64,000 nt of DNA, taken from the NCBI RefSeq assembly GCF_018350175.1, contig NC_058368.1, positions 222,768,001-222,832,000 on the forward strand, given 5' to 3'. The notes beneath the pieces were generated by a model, which was not told the DNA's origin, made no database searches, and saw nothing but the letters and a program-made list of their open reading frames with translations. The stretch comes from Felis catus (Eukaryota). The translations under genes were made by a program, and so were the position numbers. Below, piece by piece: positions 1 to 12,498 of the stretch (position 1 is the stretch's first letter; the number at the start of each line of letters is the position of its first letter).

Positions 1-3000
1 CATAGCCTCAGAAGATTAGAGCTTCCCGGAGGTCCTCGCCATCCAATATACTACTGAACTTTCATGGCAATTTGATTTGGGGATATCTGTAGCTGAAGAA
101 GGTATCTGGGATAGATATGGAGAAGTTTGAAGATATAAGCAAATCTTAGCTTGATCACAAGAAGTAAGGGATTTCCAGATAACCAAGATAATGTACAGAA
201 GGCTGACTGGGCCATAAACGGGGCGATAAGAATATAGCATTCATGAATCTCACAACAGGATTCTGTAGTGAGACATGTCACACATTATGAGGAGATACAT
301 GACACGGACATGGCTGTCAGACACCCCAAACTGAGCCTGCCAGCAAGATTCAGCAGGAACCAGGGAGAGCAGTTGGTGGTCATGCTGATCTCCTAGAGTC
401 CTTTAGGAATACTGAAATTCCCAAGGCATGCATTTCATCCCAGAGAAAATGGGAATACAGACTCTTAAAATTTGGTTTTACATTGGCTATGATTGACAGC
501 TTAAAGAGATACATTTTACACTCACTCTCAGTGGCAGTAGGAATTTGTGTATTCAGTTAAGTTCTTTAACATAAACAAAAAGAAAGTGAAACACCAAAAT
601 TTGGTAAACCTGTTTGGGATTTAATGTGTGATTGTATTAGTTTTATATTACATTGTTTTAAAAAAATCTACCACCATATGCAATACATGTGCACTAACAT
701 TTTGTCATATTCACTGCAGATTCTATGAGGTAAGAAATAAAGTTATACATACAGTGCATTAGAATTTTGCATAGGGTTATTTTGATGATTAATTAATGCA
801 AACAAAACTCTTGCACAGTGACACATAGTAAGCATTCACAAAAATGGTGATGATGATGATGATGGTGGTGGTGATTATATTCATTCTTGAGAAATACTCT
901 AAAAGCCAGGGTTAATTGGTTTGCAAATGTTCAATTGCATTGAGAGAAACAAACAAACAAAAAAAAAGACTTTCTTTGGAATTGCAAAAGCTTGGATTCA
1001 AATCTTGAGAATGAAATTTAAAGGACTAAGTGAGCATAAAGGTATGCATAGAATGAATAATTATGTATTATACTTAATAGCCTACCACAATCCTATCTCT
1101 CTTTTCCGTGCCTAATAAGACTTTCAGTCACCGATGTTTAACGTATCAAACGTAGAGCGTCTTTGTATTTTAGAAAGAAATCTGATTACAAAGTTAGCAA
1201 CGCACCTCATTATGTCTTAGTTTTAGTTTTATGTCTTGGTCCACATGCAGTCAAGGTCAGTATTCTGGCAATGAACACAGTGGCTCATTTTAAAGGACTA
1301 GGGACCTGGACAATGGAAGAATATTGAGGTTGTTTCATCCTCCCTTCTGAGACATTAAATGAAGGAGAGAATACAATAAAAGATATTTAACTAAAAGTCT
1401 CAAAATATTTAACTACTCAAAAGGACCCGACAATCACTGATGTTGATAATTCTCAGAGCTCAGTTCAATAATATGTCTTGGAACTAGTTTCTACTAGTTC
1501 CTACATGTTTCCCATCAATCACCGCTGAATGGCATATGGCTTGTGTCTATTTCAGGGCTATCATGTCAACCTTCTCCATGACCAAACTGTTGACACCAAG
1601 AGTAAATGAGAATGTCCATCCTCTCTATAGATGCATGCTCAGAACTCATCCATACATGTATGATCAATGCATAAAGGCAGAAAGCTTAAGACAGGACATC
1701 AGTTCAGTCCCTGTATTAAATAAAGGAAAAGATGAGGCCATGTCATGGTGGAGGAATGGATAACTCTGTCCACTGAGAAAGGTAGTCAGATTTTGTGTTC
1801 TTCCTCCCCCAAGTAACAAAAATTAAACCAAAGTTGTAGCTACTGAAAAGCCTGTAGTGCAGAATGACTGCTCAAAAGAGGGGAAATCCCTGGCTTGAGC
1901 AAATTTATCCCATGGATCAGCTAGATTCCTTATTATTTTTTTTTCAGAAGCATTTGTCAATCACCTTCCAGTAATTGTGGCTGGCCTTGAAAAACATGTA
2001 CTAATGTCGCAAGGTCCCTGTTATCAAGTGCTTTGTTTATTTGTTTGAGTATCATTGCAGGTGTATGCTCAAATGTACACACTTATTTTTAGGAAATTGA
2101 ATTTTCTGAAATAAATCAATGGTAAGGAATTAAGTAGAGTCCTCCAAATGTTATGCCCCCCCACACACACACATGAACACACATTTATGTGATTATAGAC
2201 ATCATTCTCAAAGTAAAAAAAAAATCACCACAGTTTACCTTTTGTTTTGTAAATATCATACATAATAGAGAACATTACTTATATTAATATTTTGGGGAGA
2301 AGTACAGTATAATGTTTTTTAATAATCCTGAAAGCAAGCTATGAGTATTTAATTTTTTCTTCTCCAAAATATCACAAAGAATTTTTTTGTACAAATCAAG
2401 ATTAAATATTTCCAAAAATATATTATCCTTGAATTAGAAGCTTAGTTGGATGTAAAATAATAGTCATGCCGTTCATTCAGATTTCAAATATTCATTCAGC
2501 TTCTAAAATGAATTTATAACCTTTTATAAAATAATAATGGAAACCACAATTTATTAAGCACTTACTATGCATAATTATTTCATTTCTTTAAAAAAACTTA
2601 AAAACAATTATAAGATATGTTAGCATATACAACATTAATGTTTTTCCTTATAACTTCCATCTGAAGATACTTATTTTCCATGTCTAACAATTTTAAAATA
2701 ATTTGCACAGTTAACCAGGATGGGAATATGAGTATTTATTTTCTTTCTTTCATTCCTTGTTCTATCCCATCAGAAGCCATATATTCCTTTTACAATGTTT
2801 CATTTATGTGTTCTCTTCCCGTTTCCCATCTCCACCGTCCACCATGTTAAGCAAGGTCTGCTTTGCCTAAAACATCCTAAAAATTCTGTCCCATTCTTTT
2901 GTTCCCTCTTGTATTTAAACTGCCTCTAAATGTATGATCTCAAGGCATTTCTTAGATTACACTGGTGACCTACTGGCTTGCTACCCACTCTTAGACTTGC

Positions 3001-3104
3001 ATACCCCTTGAATAATAGGGCAAGCACAGCCTTTGAAGGCAGTGCACTCCATAACCCCAGTGGTTTTAACCAGTCCACATTCAGTCCATACTCCATTTGA
3101 AACA

Positions 3105-3335
3105 GAGTGGCACGGTAGTTAAAAACATAGCTGTGTATCTACACTGGCTGACTTCAGGTACAACCTTGTTATTGCCTAGCCCTGGGTGACTTGTTTAGTT
3201 TGTGTGTTTATTTCCTCATCTGTAAAAGGGGATACTATCAGTACTGACCTCTTCGTGTTTGGGGAGTATTTAATGTGTGGAAACCTGTAAAGGTCTGAGA
3301 ATTGTGCTCGGCACATGGAAAAAGACTCCATAAAT
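3105..3335 (+). mobile_element. MIR (ancient SINE), degenerate
   Basis: MIR core-like text 'gtttatttcctcatctgtaaaaggggatactatcagtactgacctc...agaattgtgctcggcacatgg'; recognised from memory of the consensus. Confidence 0.7.
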
Positions 3336-4644
3336 ACCATCTATCATTTTATATCACTTGAAATCGTCTCCTTTGCAAGTCAAATTTGTTAAATATCAGC
3401 GATTTTATATGGCTTAAGTTGAAATGTTTCTACCTTCTTTTTAACATGGTGCATTGCCTTCCTTCTACCCTGCATGTCAAAACTTTAATAAAATAAGAAC
3501 ATGTAGCATTATTTCAATGGCATGACTTTTTGATCTGTTTTGTTTTAAGATCCAACTTTAGAACCAGATGTCATTGTTTCACTTTCTAAATCTGGAATTT
3601 CCTTGTACTTGAATGTGGGCTAGTTCTCGGTCTCTTATAACAGTAATATTATTCTAAATGCTTTAAACATTACAAATGTATTTCAGTTTGTGTAACATTA
3701 GAACATGTACACATAATTCTGTACAGCTCTTCTAAATGTCAAGACATATCAATTTTGCAAATGTCAACCTGACATTCGTGAAAACTCAGTACTCTCATGA
3801 AGGATCTTCCTCTAATTCATAATAAAATTTACGACGTTTCCCTTTATTGCCTTCTCTACCAGAGAATATTTTAGCAGCTGCATTCTTCATTAGACATTCA
3901 ATTTTGTATTGCAGGAACACTGTCTGCAAATATATGTATTATAATGGTAAAATAATATGATATTTATGCCATTTTGTATATGATTAAAACATCTCCTTAA
4001 ATATTGATATGTTCCCAGTCTCTTAAATAATTCCAGAAATGATAGATCTATGATTATTAAGCCTCCAATATACCATTTTTCCTCTTGGAAGAATGATTCA
4101 ATTTCATGTTTTTCTACTAATTGTATTTCTCCAAGACTTTGTATTTGTGCTCACATAAACTATAATAAGCCTATAACAAAATAGTTCGGTCAAGCTGTAA
4201 GAGCACACTCCATTTTTATTGACATATATTTGTCAGAGTCTGCCATGGAGTGTTTATTCTGGGAAGTTATACTTTGGTACTTAAATTTAAGACACTCTTT
4301 GTTGGTTGCTTGCTTGTTGACTTTTTGGCCCATGATGTCTTCTGTGATTGGAAATAGTGCCCTAAACAGCAGTCACATAAAGTCCTCACTATTCCTTAAA
4401 TTGGGCTCCTCTGAGGGTGACTATCTCTATGGTGACTTACAGTATCCTGACATGAATTTTCTGTACATTTCATAACTATATTGTCTATCAGGCCATTGCT
4501 TCGATTCCTCCAAAATTTTCTGACAAGTCTATCCAAACATACAAATACCAGATTCTGGTATAAGAAAGGGGAAACTTTAATTATATTCACATGGATGAAG
4601 TCGTGAAGTAAAAGAAAACAATAGAGTTTGAATGGCTCCTTTTC

Positions 4645-5121
4645 TGTGGTGACTTCTAGTTTGTACATTTTCCATTTGCCTTTTTAGGTCCACCATCTAC
4701 CACACGTCTCTGCTCTCTGCCCTCAGAGCCGGTTCCATATTGATGACGTCAATAAGACCCCTGGCACTTTTGTTTGAATTTGGGTTTGGTCAAATGATAG
4801 TTCTAAAAGATCAGAAGGAGGGAGAGAATGAGGCTGACATATCTGTTACCTGAGCTCTCTCTCTCATGCAGGTCACAGCATCTAACTGTCCCATCACAGG
4901 CAGCCACTGTTCTTAGAACAAATCTCTTTTCTGGACTCCAGTAACCATTTCCCTTCCTTCTGTGGAGTAAGAAGGTGAAAATTCACCTATTGTTAGTTTC
5001 AGGGTATTATGCTACCCCTTCCCACACATTTGTAAATAGTTTTTTTTTATTAAAATTTTCTCATGGTCTCCTAATTTAAGTATGCTATCTGATTTTTCCT
5101 GCCAGGACTCTTACTAATGCA
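4645..5121 (+). mobile_element. LTR33-like ERVL solo LTR
   Basis: Starts TGTGG and ends 'cccacacatttgtaaatagt...attaaa...ttcctgccaggactcttactaatgca', resembling the LTR33 3' end. Confidence 0.65.
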
Positions 5122-5732
5122 CCTTTAATGAATGAGCTGGTTACTTCTCACATATAACCTATGGCCAATATTTTAATAGTTCAGTAGAAGTATCATCTAT
5201 ACTAATTATAATATGAGGACTATTGTTGAATTTTTATAATTGGAGATTCATTTGTTCTTGAGATTGTATTTCAAGCCTTAATAAATGCTGAGTCTTATTA
5301 CTTACTGGACAAACATTGTGAATATTGTGCATTTGTAAGCCTGTGCTATGACATTTTGGACTAGAATAGAAATGCTCATTTGCAAATATCACAATACTGC
5401 TGGGTTGCTTGAAAGATCTAAAAACTTCTAAAATCCTTCCGTATTTTGAATGGTATATCAAACTGCAATTTCATACCTCTTTAAACTTACTATTTTGGAG
5501 GATCTTTGAGAGTTAAAAGCCTGGAAATAGGCCAAAATCATGTTGCCCTTATGTGAAGAAAAATGTAGTAGAATCATAGACATATTTATGTTTTGCTTGG
5601 CAATAATTGTGCATACATATCTTCCAAAAACAATTAAATTTATCTGGCTATTGAGAAGGGACCTAATGGTCTTTGCTGACATTTAATGAGAGAAACTTGT
5701 ATTACAATTGCAGATTGATAGGTCTCTGGTAT

Positions 5733-5988
5733 TGATGTGGGATCATCCTGTACAATGGTCAAGAAGGAATTCTCAAGATGTTTTACAGTGCAGAAAGGTG
5801 CTTCTATTATAGCATGGGTACAGGATCTGTGGGCAGAAAGAGCTGAATTGTGATTGTGAGCAGTGACTGATTATGTAAGGTTTTCTATCCTATGAAGGTG
5901 AAGGTGTGAAGGTGAAGGTACACACACACACACATACCACACACACACACACACATATATATGTATGGAATAGGAATTATATATGAGG

Positions 5989-6022
<34 letters not shown>

Positions 6023-6327
6023 GTAATATATGTGTGTATATATATAGTGTGTATATACATATATATAGTGTGTATACACACACACACATATATATGGAAT
6101 AAGGATTATATATGAGGAATGTTTTATATATATATATATATATGTTATATGTGTGTGTGTATATATATATAGTGTGTATATACATATACATGTATATAAT
6201 GTGTATACACACACACATATATATGGAATAGGAATTATATATGAGGAATGTTATATATATATATATATATGTTATATGTGTGTGTATATATATAGTGTGT
6301 ATATACATATACATATATATATAATGT

Positions 6328-6359
<32 letters not shown>

Positions 6360-6434
6360 CCTATCTTAAGAGGTAAGGGGGTTGCAGGATGTCAGTTCTT
6401 GTTTTGCCTTAAACTTGTCTGTTGCTCTCCATCA
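5733..6434. mobile_element. Probable ERV solo LTR remnant whose middle is occupied by a compound micro/minisatellite
   Basis: TGATG...CATCA termini; flanking segments 'caggatctgtgggcagaaagagctg' and 'gggggttgcaggatgtcag' look like laurasiatherian ERV LTR sequence; no clean TSD. Confidence 0.4.
5919..6358. repeat. Compound (CA)n/(TA)n/(TG)n minisatellite, three ~129-bp units
   Basis: Anchor 'ggaata(g/a)g(a/g)attatatatgaggaatgtt' begins at 5967, 6096 and 6225, separated by dinucleotide runs. Confidence 0.95.
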
Positions 6435-6879
6435 TTAGGACACAATGGTATACTGTTTCCAGACCTAAAAAAAAAATCAGGACTGTGTGCTCTTTATCTT
6501 GCATCTGAAGGTCTTGCGTAGTACATGAAGCACAGTAGGGCTCAGTGCGTAATCAGTAACTGAAAATATTAATCTAAGTGATTGTGATGCTCACTGGCAT
6601 AGCCTAGCAATTTTGATGACGGCATGTGACTTTATAAAAACTTAACCAGTGTAATGTATTAATTATATAAGATATTTAATATTTAAAAATGCATTAGAGA
6701 AAGCCATCCCTTTAAATTAAATGTTCCAAGGGTATACCTTTATGAATTAAAGTTCAATGAAAATATTAAAGTGTAACTCTAAACTTGGCCATTCACATCA
6801 TAGCAGTAGACGAATGACTCGAGTTTTGGAAGGATTACAGCTAATATAATTTGGTGGTGGCGTGTGGTATTGTTGCATT

Positions 6880-6991
6880 GGAGGATGCCAGATAAAATAA
6901 AGGGGGCCCCGTTACTCTTGGATTTCAGATAACAACTTTTTTTAAGGATATGTATGTCCCAAATATTGTTTCAGTTACACTTGTACTAAAA
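6880..6991. mobile_element. MER53-like DNA transposon (MITE) fragment
   Basis: 'gatgccagataaaata...atttcagataacaac...tatgtcccaaatattg...cttgtactaaaa' follows the MER53 consensus. Confidence 0.7.
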
Positions 6992-7240
6992 ATTAGAAAT
7001 CAATAGTGTAAGGAAATTTGGGAAATTCACAAATTAGTACTTAAATAACCAACGGTCATAGATAAAAGCACAAGAGGAACTAGGAAATATTTCAAAATTA
7101 ATGAACAAAAGGCACAACTTAGGAGACAAGCTAGAACAGTTCCTAGGGGAAAATTTACAGATGTAAATGCCTATGGTAAGTAGAAAAATCTCAAATAAAC
7201 ATCCCAGTATGTCACCTTAAGAAGCCATAAAATGAAGACA
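6992..7240 (+). mobile_element. Old L1 ORF2 fragment
   Basis: 'attagaaatcaat...ggaaattcacaaat...cttaaataaccaacggtc...gggaaaatttacagatgtaaatgcctat', typical of the L1 post-endonuclease region. Confidence 0.65.
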
Positions 7241-7659
7241 CGTTGAAATGCATCATCCAGACACTATTCTGAACCTACATAATCTGCGTTTCGAAAAGGT
7301 CCCCAGAAGATTCATGTGGATGAATCAGAGACTGAGAAGCACTGACAGATTTTGACAAATCAGTCAGTCTTGTATAATGTAGGTGGCCAGGCCAATTTTA
7401 AAAGGTAATTTCAAAATATTCACAGAATCCATAAATTTTCATCCAAATTGATCCAGATATTATACTTCTAAGTATGCATCATCTAGTTATATTATTCATA
7501 TATTAAAGAATATATTCCATAGCAGCATTGTGAAATTTTAAAAAGCCCTAAAAACAAAATAAATATCCTAATCTAAGACAATGGTTGAACAAATCATGGT
7601 ACATTCAAACAGTAGAGAATTGTGTATTATCTTTTGAAAATAGATGTCATTTATATAGA

Positions 7660-9115
7660 AAAAAAAAGATAAGAAGCATTGACAAAGACTTGGAGAAAAG
7701 GGAACATTTGTGCACTGTTGGTAGGGATGTAAATTAGCGCAGCTAATGTGAAAAATGTTATAGAGGTTCCTCAAAAAAATAAAAATAGAACTATGATATG
7801 ATCTAGCAATGTCTTCTGGGTTATATCCAAAGAATCAAAATCAGGATGTCAAAAGGTTATTTGTGTTCCCATGATTATGGCAGCATTATCATAGTCAAGA
7901 GAGGGGGTAAACTGAAATGTTCATGGATGAATGAGTGGATAAAGAACATCAGCTATTTACATGCAATGGAATACTATTCAGCCTTAAAAAGAATGACATT
8001 CTACTATTTTTGACAATATAGATGAATTTGGAGGACAGTATGTCAAGACACAGATTAACAAATACTACATGATCTCACTTAATCAAAGAATCTAAAGTAG
8101 TCAAATTCATAGAGGCAGAAAATATAATAGTAGTTATCAGGGCCTGTAGAGAGTTGAAAACAGGAAAGTGTTGATTAAAGGGTACAAAGTCTCAGTAGAA
8201 CAAGATGAATAAGTCTTAGACATCCATTTTACAGCGTAGTTCCTCTAGTTAACAGAGCTGTATTGTACACTTAAAATTTTGCTAAGAGGGTAGATCTTAT
8301 GTTAAGTGTTCTTAACACCACATAATTCATAAAGAAATAATAAAAGAAGTTAAGAGGAAATTTTGGAGGTGGTATATATGTTTATGGTATTGATTTTAGT
8401 GATGGTTTTGATGCAGGCGGACTGGGTTCAAGAATCCAGAGTGGGGTTTCGCAGGAACAGCCAAGGAAGGTCCTTGGCTTTGTGCCAGATAGAAATCAAT
8501 TGTGAGCCAGGAGGAATAGCACTATTAGTGAATAGGGTTAAGTGATAGAGTATAGCAGACAGAGTGTTTGGGCAACTTGCAAAGGAAAAGACCATGAGTC
8601 TCATTATTGCTTTGTGTTAGGGGTTTATATCGGAAAGGAGTCCAGCATGCATGTTCCTTCAGGAATCTGGGGTAGGGTCCAATAAAAAACAAGTGTCAGG
8701 CGAACAGCCGATGTTATTCCATAAACCATTGAAAGTAGGGAGTATTGATGCCAACATCTGACAAGGTTTGTTTGTAGCTAATGTCCTGGAACACGTTTGG
8801 GATCCAGCTTTTCATAGATGTTATCAGATGTCTGGGGACCTAGGAGAAACTCAAAGAATGATTAACTTTCTTGCTTCCCCCTTGGAGTGGGAACATAGCT
8901 GCTTTCATTTATTCAGCTGCAAAATATAGAATATGAGTATGTGGGACCCAGCAGAAAAACAGCAGAGATGGAACCTTTGTAAAAGTGGGAGTCCCTTCCA
9001 TTCCTCTGTCTCAGTTTTGTGAGTGTGTACTTATCCTAAACTCCTGGTTGTATACATTAAATATGTCACAGCCTTTTTTTATGTCAGTCACAGTTTGTTA
9101 AATCAGTTAAAAAAA
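7660..9115 (+). mobile_element. L1MA-type (L1MA9/10-like) 3' end, interrupted by an LTR at 8409-9013
   Basis: ORF2 C-terminal text 'ggagaaaagggaacatttgtgcactgttggtagggatgtaaatt' and 3'UTR 'gctaagagggtagatcttatgttaagtgttct'; resumes after the LTR with 'gtgtacttatc...tatacattaaatatg'. Confidence 0.8.
8409..9013 (-). mobile_element. ERV1-class solo LTR (~605 bp) inserted into the L1
   Basis: TG...CA termini with a 4-bp TSD gttt (8405-8408 and 9014-9017); the host L1 sequence continues across it; strand is inferred. Confidence 0.7.
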
Positions 9116-9192
9116 CAGAAAAATGAAAATGTGGAAACATCTCAAATGCACTTTTTTTAATGGAAAGAGGCAATTTACAATAGAGTATAGAT

Positions 9193-9359
9193 GAGTGGTA
9201 CTCAACTCTCACTCCCATCAGAATTACCTAAAAAGCTTTTAAAATTCCAATATGCTAGTCACTCCCAAGATCAATTCAACCGGAATTTATGAGAATGGAA
9301 TCCAGTCATCAACATCTATTCTGATGACTGTAACATACAGACAAGGCTGGGAACCATTG
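9193..9359. mobile_element. MER5-like hAT-Charlie MITE
   Basis: Degenerate TIRs 'gagtggtactcaa' ... 'tgggaaccattg' with internal 'catcagaattacct'. Confidence 0.6.
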
Positions 9360-10137
9360 AGACAGATATAGGTGCCTGGATTTGGTTTCACATGCGTTGA
9401 TTTTCTCTAGAAGAACAGGGATTCCTAAAGTGTATTCAGCAAAAGAAATGCTATCCCCCACTCTTCAACCCACACTCAGATGAAATGCTTTGGGTTTTTT
9501 TTTTGCTTGTTTGTTTGTTTGTTTGTTTGTTTTACTCTGGGAATGTACTATATATATAGTATGGATTTGTGACACATGTCTATTTTTCTACTTTTTTTTA
9601 ATGAAGTGGGTGTGTAGCTCAGGGCAAAATAAGATTAAGTCCTTTATAGAAGTTCTAAGCAGATTAAATAGAAAGTGCATCTTAGTAAATATTTTTATGC
9701 ATATAATGTAGGAAGTTAAGCAAAATGTTGTTGGCAATTCCATATGACTTACTAGGTAGTTTTTATGTTTTTTTTGAAGTTATTGTATATTTTCCAGCTA
9801 CCTTGCAGCAGGTGTATAATATTTATATACAAAGAAAACTCACTTCATTTAAAGAGATTTCTTCTTAGAAAACAGCATTGTTAAGAACATATTTTAAAAA
9901 TTGTTTTCTTGCTCATCCAGGACAAGAACTATCAGGCCTAGCAAGGTCATGTTGAATGGTAAATTCCTGGTAATGTGGATATGAAGCAGTGTGACTGAAG
10001 GTCATTTCAGGTCTTTCTAGTGCTATAAGTGGGAACACTTGGCTTTTAGGTTTTATACCACAAAATATAAGCTATTATCTAAAGCCATTAAGTGATGAGT
10101 CTAAGTGGTCCTGTTTGTATTAAGGATAAGAATTTGG

Positions 10138-10361
10138 GGGGGGGGCACCTGGGTGTCTCAGTCGGTCAAGTGTCCGACTTTGGCTCAGGTCATGATCTCA
10201 CACCTGGTGGGTTCAAGCCCCTCATCAGGCTCTGTGCTGACAGCTCAGAGCCTGGAGCCTGCTTTGGATTCTCTATCTCCCTCTCTCTCTCTCTCTCTGC
10301 CTCTTCCCCACTCATACTCTGTCTCTCCATCTCTTAAAAATAAACATTAAAATTTTTTTTA
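10138..10361 (+). mobile_element. Can-SINE (SINEC_Fc-like)
   Basis: GGGGCACCTGGGT head, CT tract, AATAAA tail; 16-bp TSD aaggataagaatttgg at 10122-10137 and 10362-10377. Confidence 0.95.
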
Positions 10362-10598
10362 AAGGATAAGAATTTGGATTTGTATGAATAACCTTGATTT
10401 GTCTTTATGCATAAAGCAGCTTGATTGACTTGTATGACTCAACTCATACCATCAGTAAAACAAATCAGGTTACGTGTTGACATAGAGCCAAAGAACTGCA
10501 TTAAATAAGTAATTATAATTTTGAGATTGTGTTTATCCACTATTCTTCACTTAACAAAATTCATTAAAATTTAAGTATGGCTAAAATTCACTTCTCCT

Positions 10599-11046
10599 GG
10601 AGCACCTGGGTAGCTTAGTCAGTTGAGTGTCTGACTTTGGATCAGTTCATGATCTCACAGTTCACAGGTTTGAGCCCCACATAAGGCTCTGTGTTGTCAG
10701 CTCAGAGCCTGGAGCCTGTTTCAGAATCTGTGTCTCCCTCTCTCTGCCCATACCCTATCCATTCTCTCTCGTTCTCTCTCTCTCTCTCTTTCTCAAATGT
10801 AATCTTTTTTTTTAATGTTTATTTCTGAGACAGAGCATAGTGGGGGAGGGGCAGAGAGAGAGAGAGAGACACAGAATCGGAAGCAGGCTCCCGGCTCTGA
10901 GCTGTCAGCACAGAGCCTGATGCAGGGCTCCAACTCACAAATCATGAGATTGTGACCTGAGCCAAAGTTGGTCGCTTTGAGCCGACTGAGCCACCCAGGC
11001 TCCCCTCTCTTTCTCAAATATAAATAAACATTAAAAAAAAAAAAAA
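10599..11046 (+). mobile_element. Can-SINE split by a second, inverted SINE
   Basis: Head at 10599; CT tract to ~10798; tail 'taaataaacattaaaaaaa' resumes after 11005. Confidence 0.9.
10805..11004 (-). mobile_element. Can-SINE nested in the CT tract of the previous SINE
   Basis: Reverse-strand SINE flanked by duplicated ctctctttctcaaat(g/a)taa. Confidence 0.9.
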
Positions 11047-11485
11047 GGATTCACTCTGTCTTTGTAACCAAATATAAGGAAGTTGCTGGCTTTAGAAATA
11101 TAATCCCAAAAATAATTTAGCAAAGCCAAAGTTACCAGTCACATAATCACCAAAGAATAAATTGCTTAGCCTTTAAAGGGTAAGTCATATAGCTGAACAC
11201 TTTTCTTACCTATATAATCACAGACATAATCTGTGTAGGGAGTGAAGCAGAGGAGAAAGGGAAGAATCTGTTTAGAATAGAGAATTAATGTATAACTATG
11301 TATTTTGATGGTTGAAGAAAGAAAATTATTGCTATATGGAAAGACATTTACAATGATAATATTTAAAAGTTTAATGTTTATATTTGTAAGATGTGAAAAA
11401 AATGACATATATATGAAATCTATTAGAAACAAAAATAGAATTTGTCTTATAAAACAGACAGATTCATTTAAATGGATCTAATTCT

Positions 11486-11690
11486 GGGTGCCTGGGTGGC
11501 TCAGTTGGCTAAGCATCTGACTTCAGCCCAGGTCATGATCTCACGGTTTGTGGGTTTGAGCCTCGCATTGGGCTCTTTGTTGACAGCTCGGAGCCTGTTT
11601 GGGATTCCTTTTCTCCCTCTGTCTCTGCCCCCCCCCAGCTCTCTTTTTCTTTGTCTCTCTCTCTCAAAAGTAAGTATATAACATTAAAAA
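11486..11690 (+). mobile_element. Can-SINE
   Basis: 'gggtgcctgggtggctcagttgg...caggtcatgatctcacgg', CT tract, A-rich tail. Confidence 0.93.
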
Positions 11691-12498
11691 CGAAAGTTCC
11701 ACTATGCCTTCTGAATTCCCGATTCATCTTAAGGCATGTCAACCCAGTCTCCCGTGAAGATACTGTGCACCCTCCTCTATCTCTATCCCTCTCTTCTCGT
11801 TCGGTCACACATTGTCTTGCTGATTGTTCTCTAAATGTGGCTCAAATCTCTCTCCGTGTTGTCCTGTGGAAGAATTCCCTGGTTTACACCCTTATTCAAC
11901 ATCTCTTCCTTCTATGGCAAAAGTTTCTTGTCTCCCTGCCTTTGTCTTCCCTTGACTCTATCATCACACAGATGCCAAAGTGATTGTTGTAAAATGTAAA
12001 TCTGACCGTGCCTCTTCCTGGTTACTAACCTTCAGTGATTTTTCACCTAAGTCCAAACTCTCTAATAGGGTGTAGGTTGTCATATGTAACTCCCTGCGCT
12101 ACTCTAAGTGCTTACTCCACTGGCTTTCCCTCATTTACTCAGTTAAGATAATCAAGTTTCATTGGGTCTACTAAGTGCCAGCCACTTTTCTTGATGTTGA
12201 AAGTAGAGAATTATGGAGTTTTTTTTCTGCTTTCAGTTTTATTCAAGTTCTACACTTTTACTAATGTGAGGGGCTGTAGTCTACAAAGGGCCATCAGTGT
12301 CCCTGTTTGTTCTTTCCGGTTATAATGTAGCAACAATCCCTTGCTCTGATCGCTGTTTACCTGGGATAGTTACCCCACTATGTTTGCTACAAGCAAACAT
12401 GAGGGATGATGTTAACTTCTTCCCCTGAACAAAATGTAATCTTGCTTCTGCTTGCTATGAAAATGGTAAACAGTAACACAGTCCAGTGGAAATACAGT

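Noticed and set aside
1..650. Possible ancient LTR at the window start
   Set aside because: Purine-rich and ends in '...ttaca', but I cannot match a family or see both ends
1480..1501. Hairpin ggaactagt-ttct-actagttcc
   Set aside because: A 9-bp stem is plausible by chance in 64 kb of AT-rich DNA and too short for a pre-miRNA
2061..2121. Plus-strand exon-like segment (cattgcag|...|gtaagg)
   Set aside because: Stops in all three frames; no support even as a non-coding exon
5871..6521. ORFs of 109-162 aa rich in Y/I/H/T/C/V
   Set aside because: Translations of (TA)/(CA)/(TG) repeats
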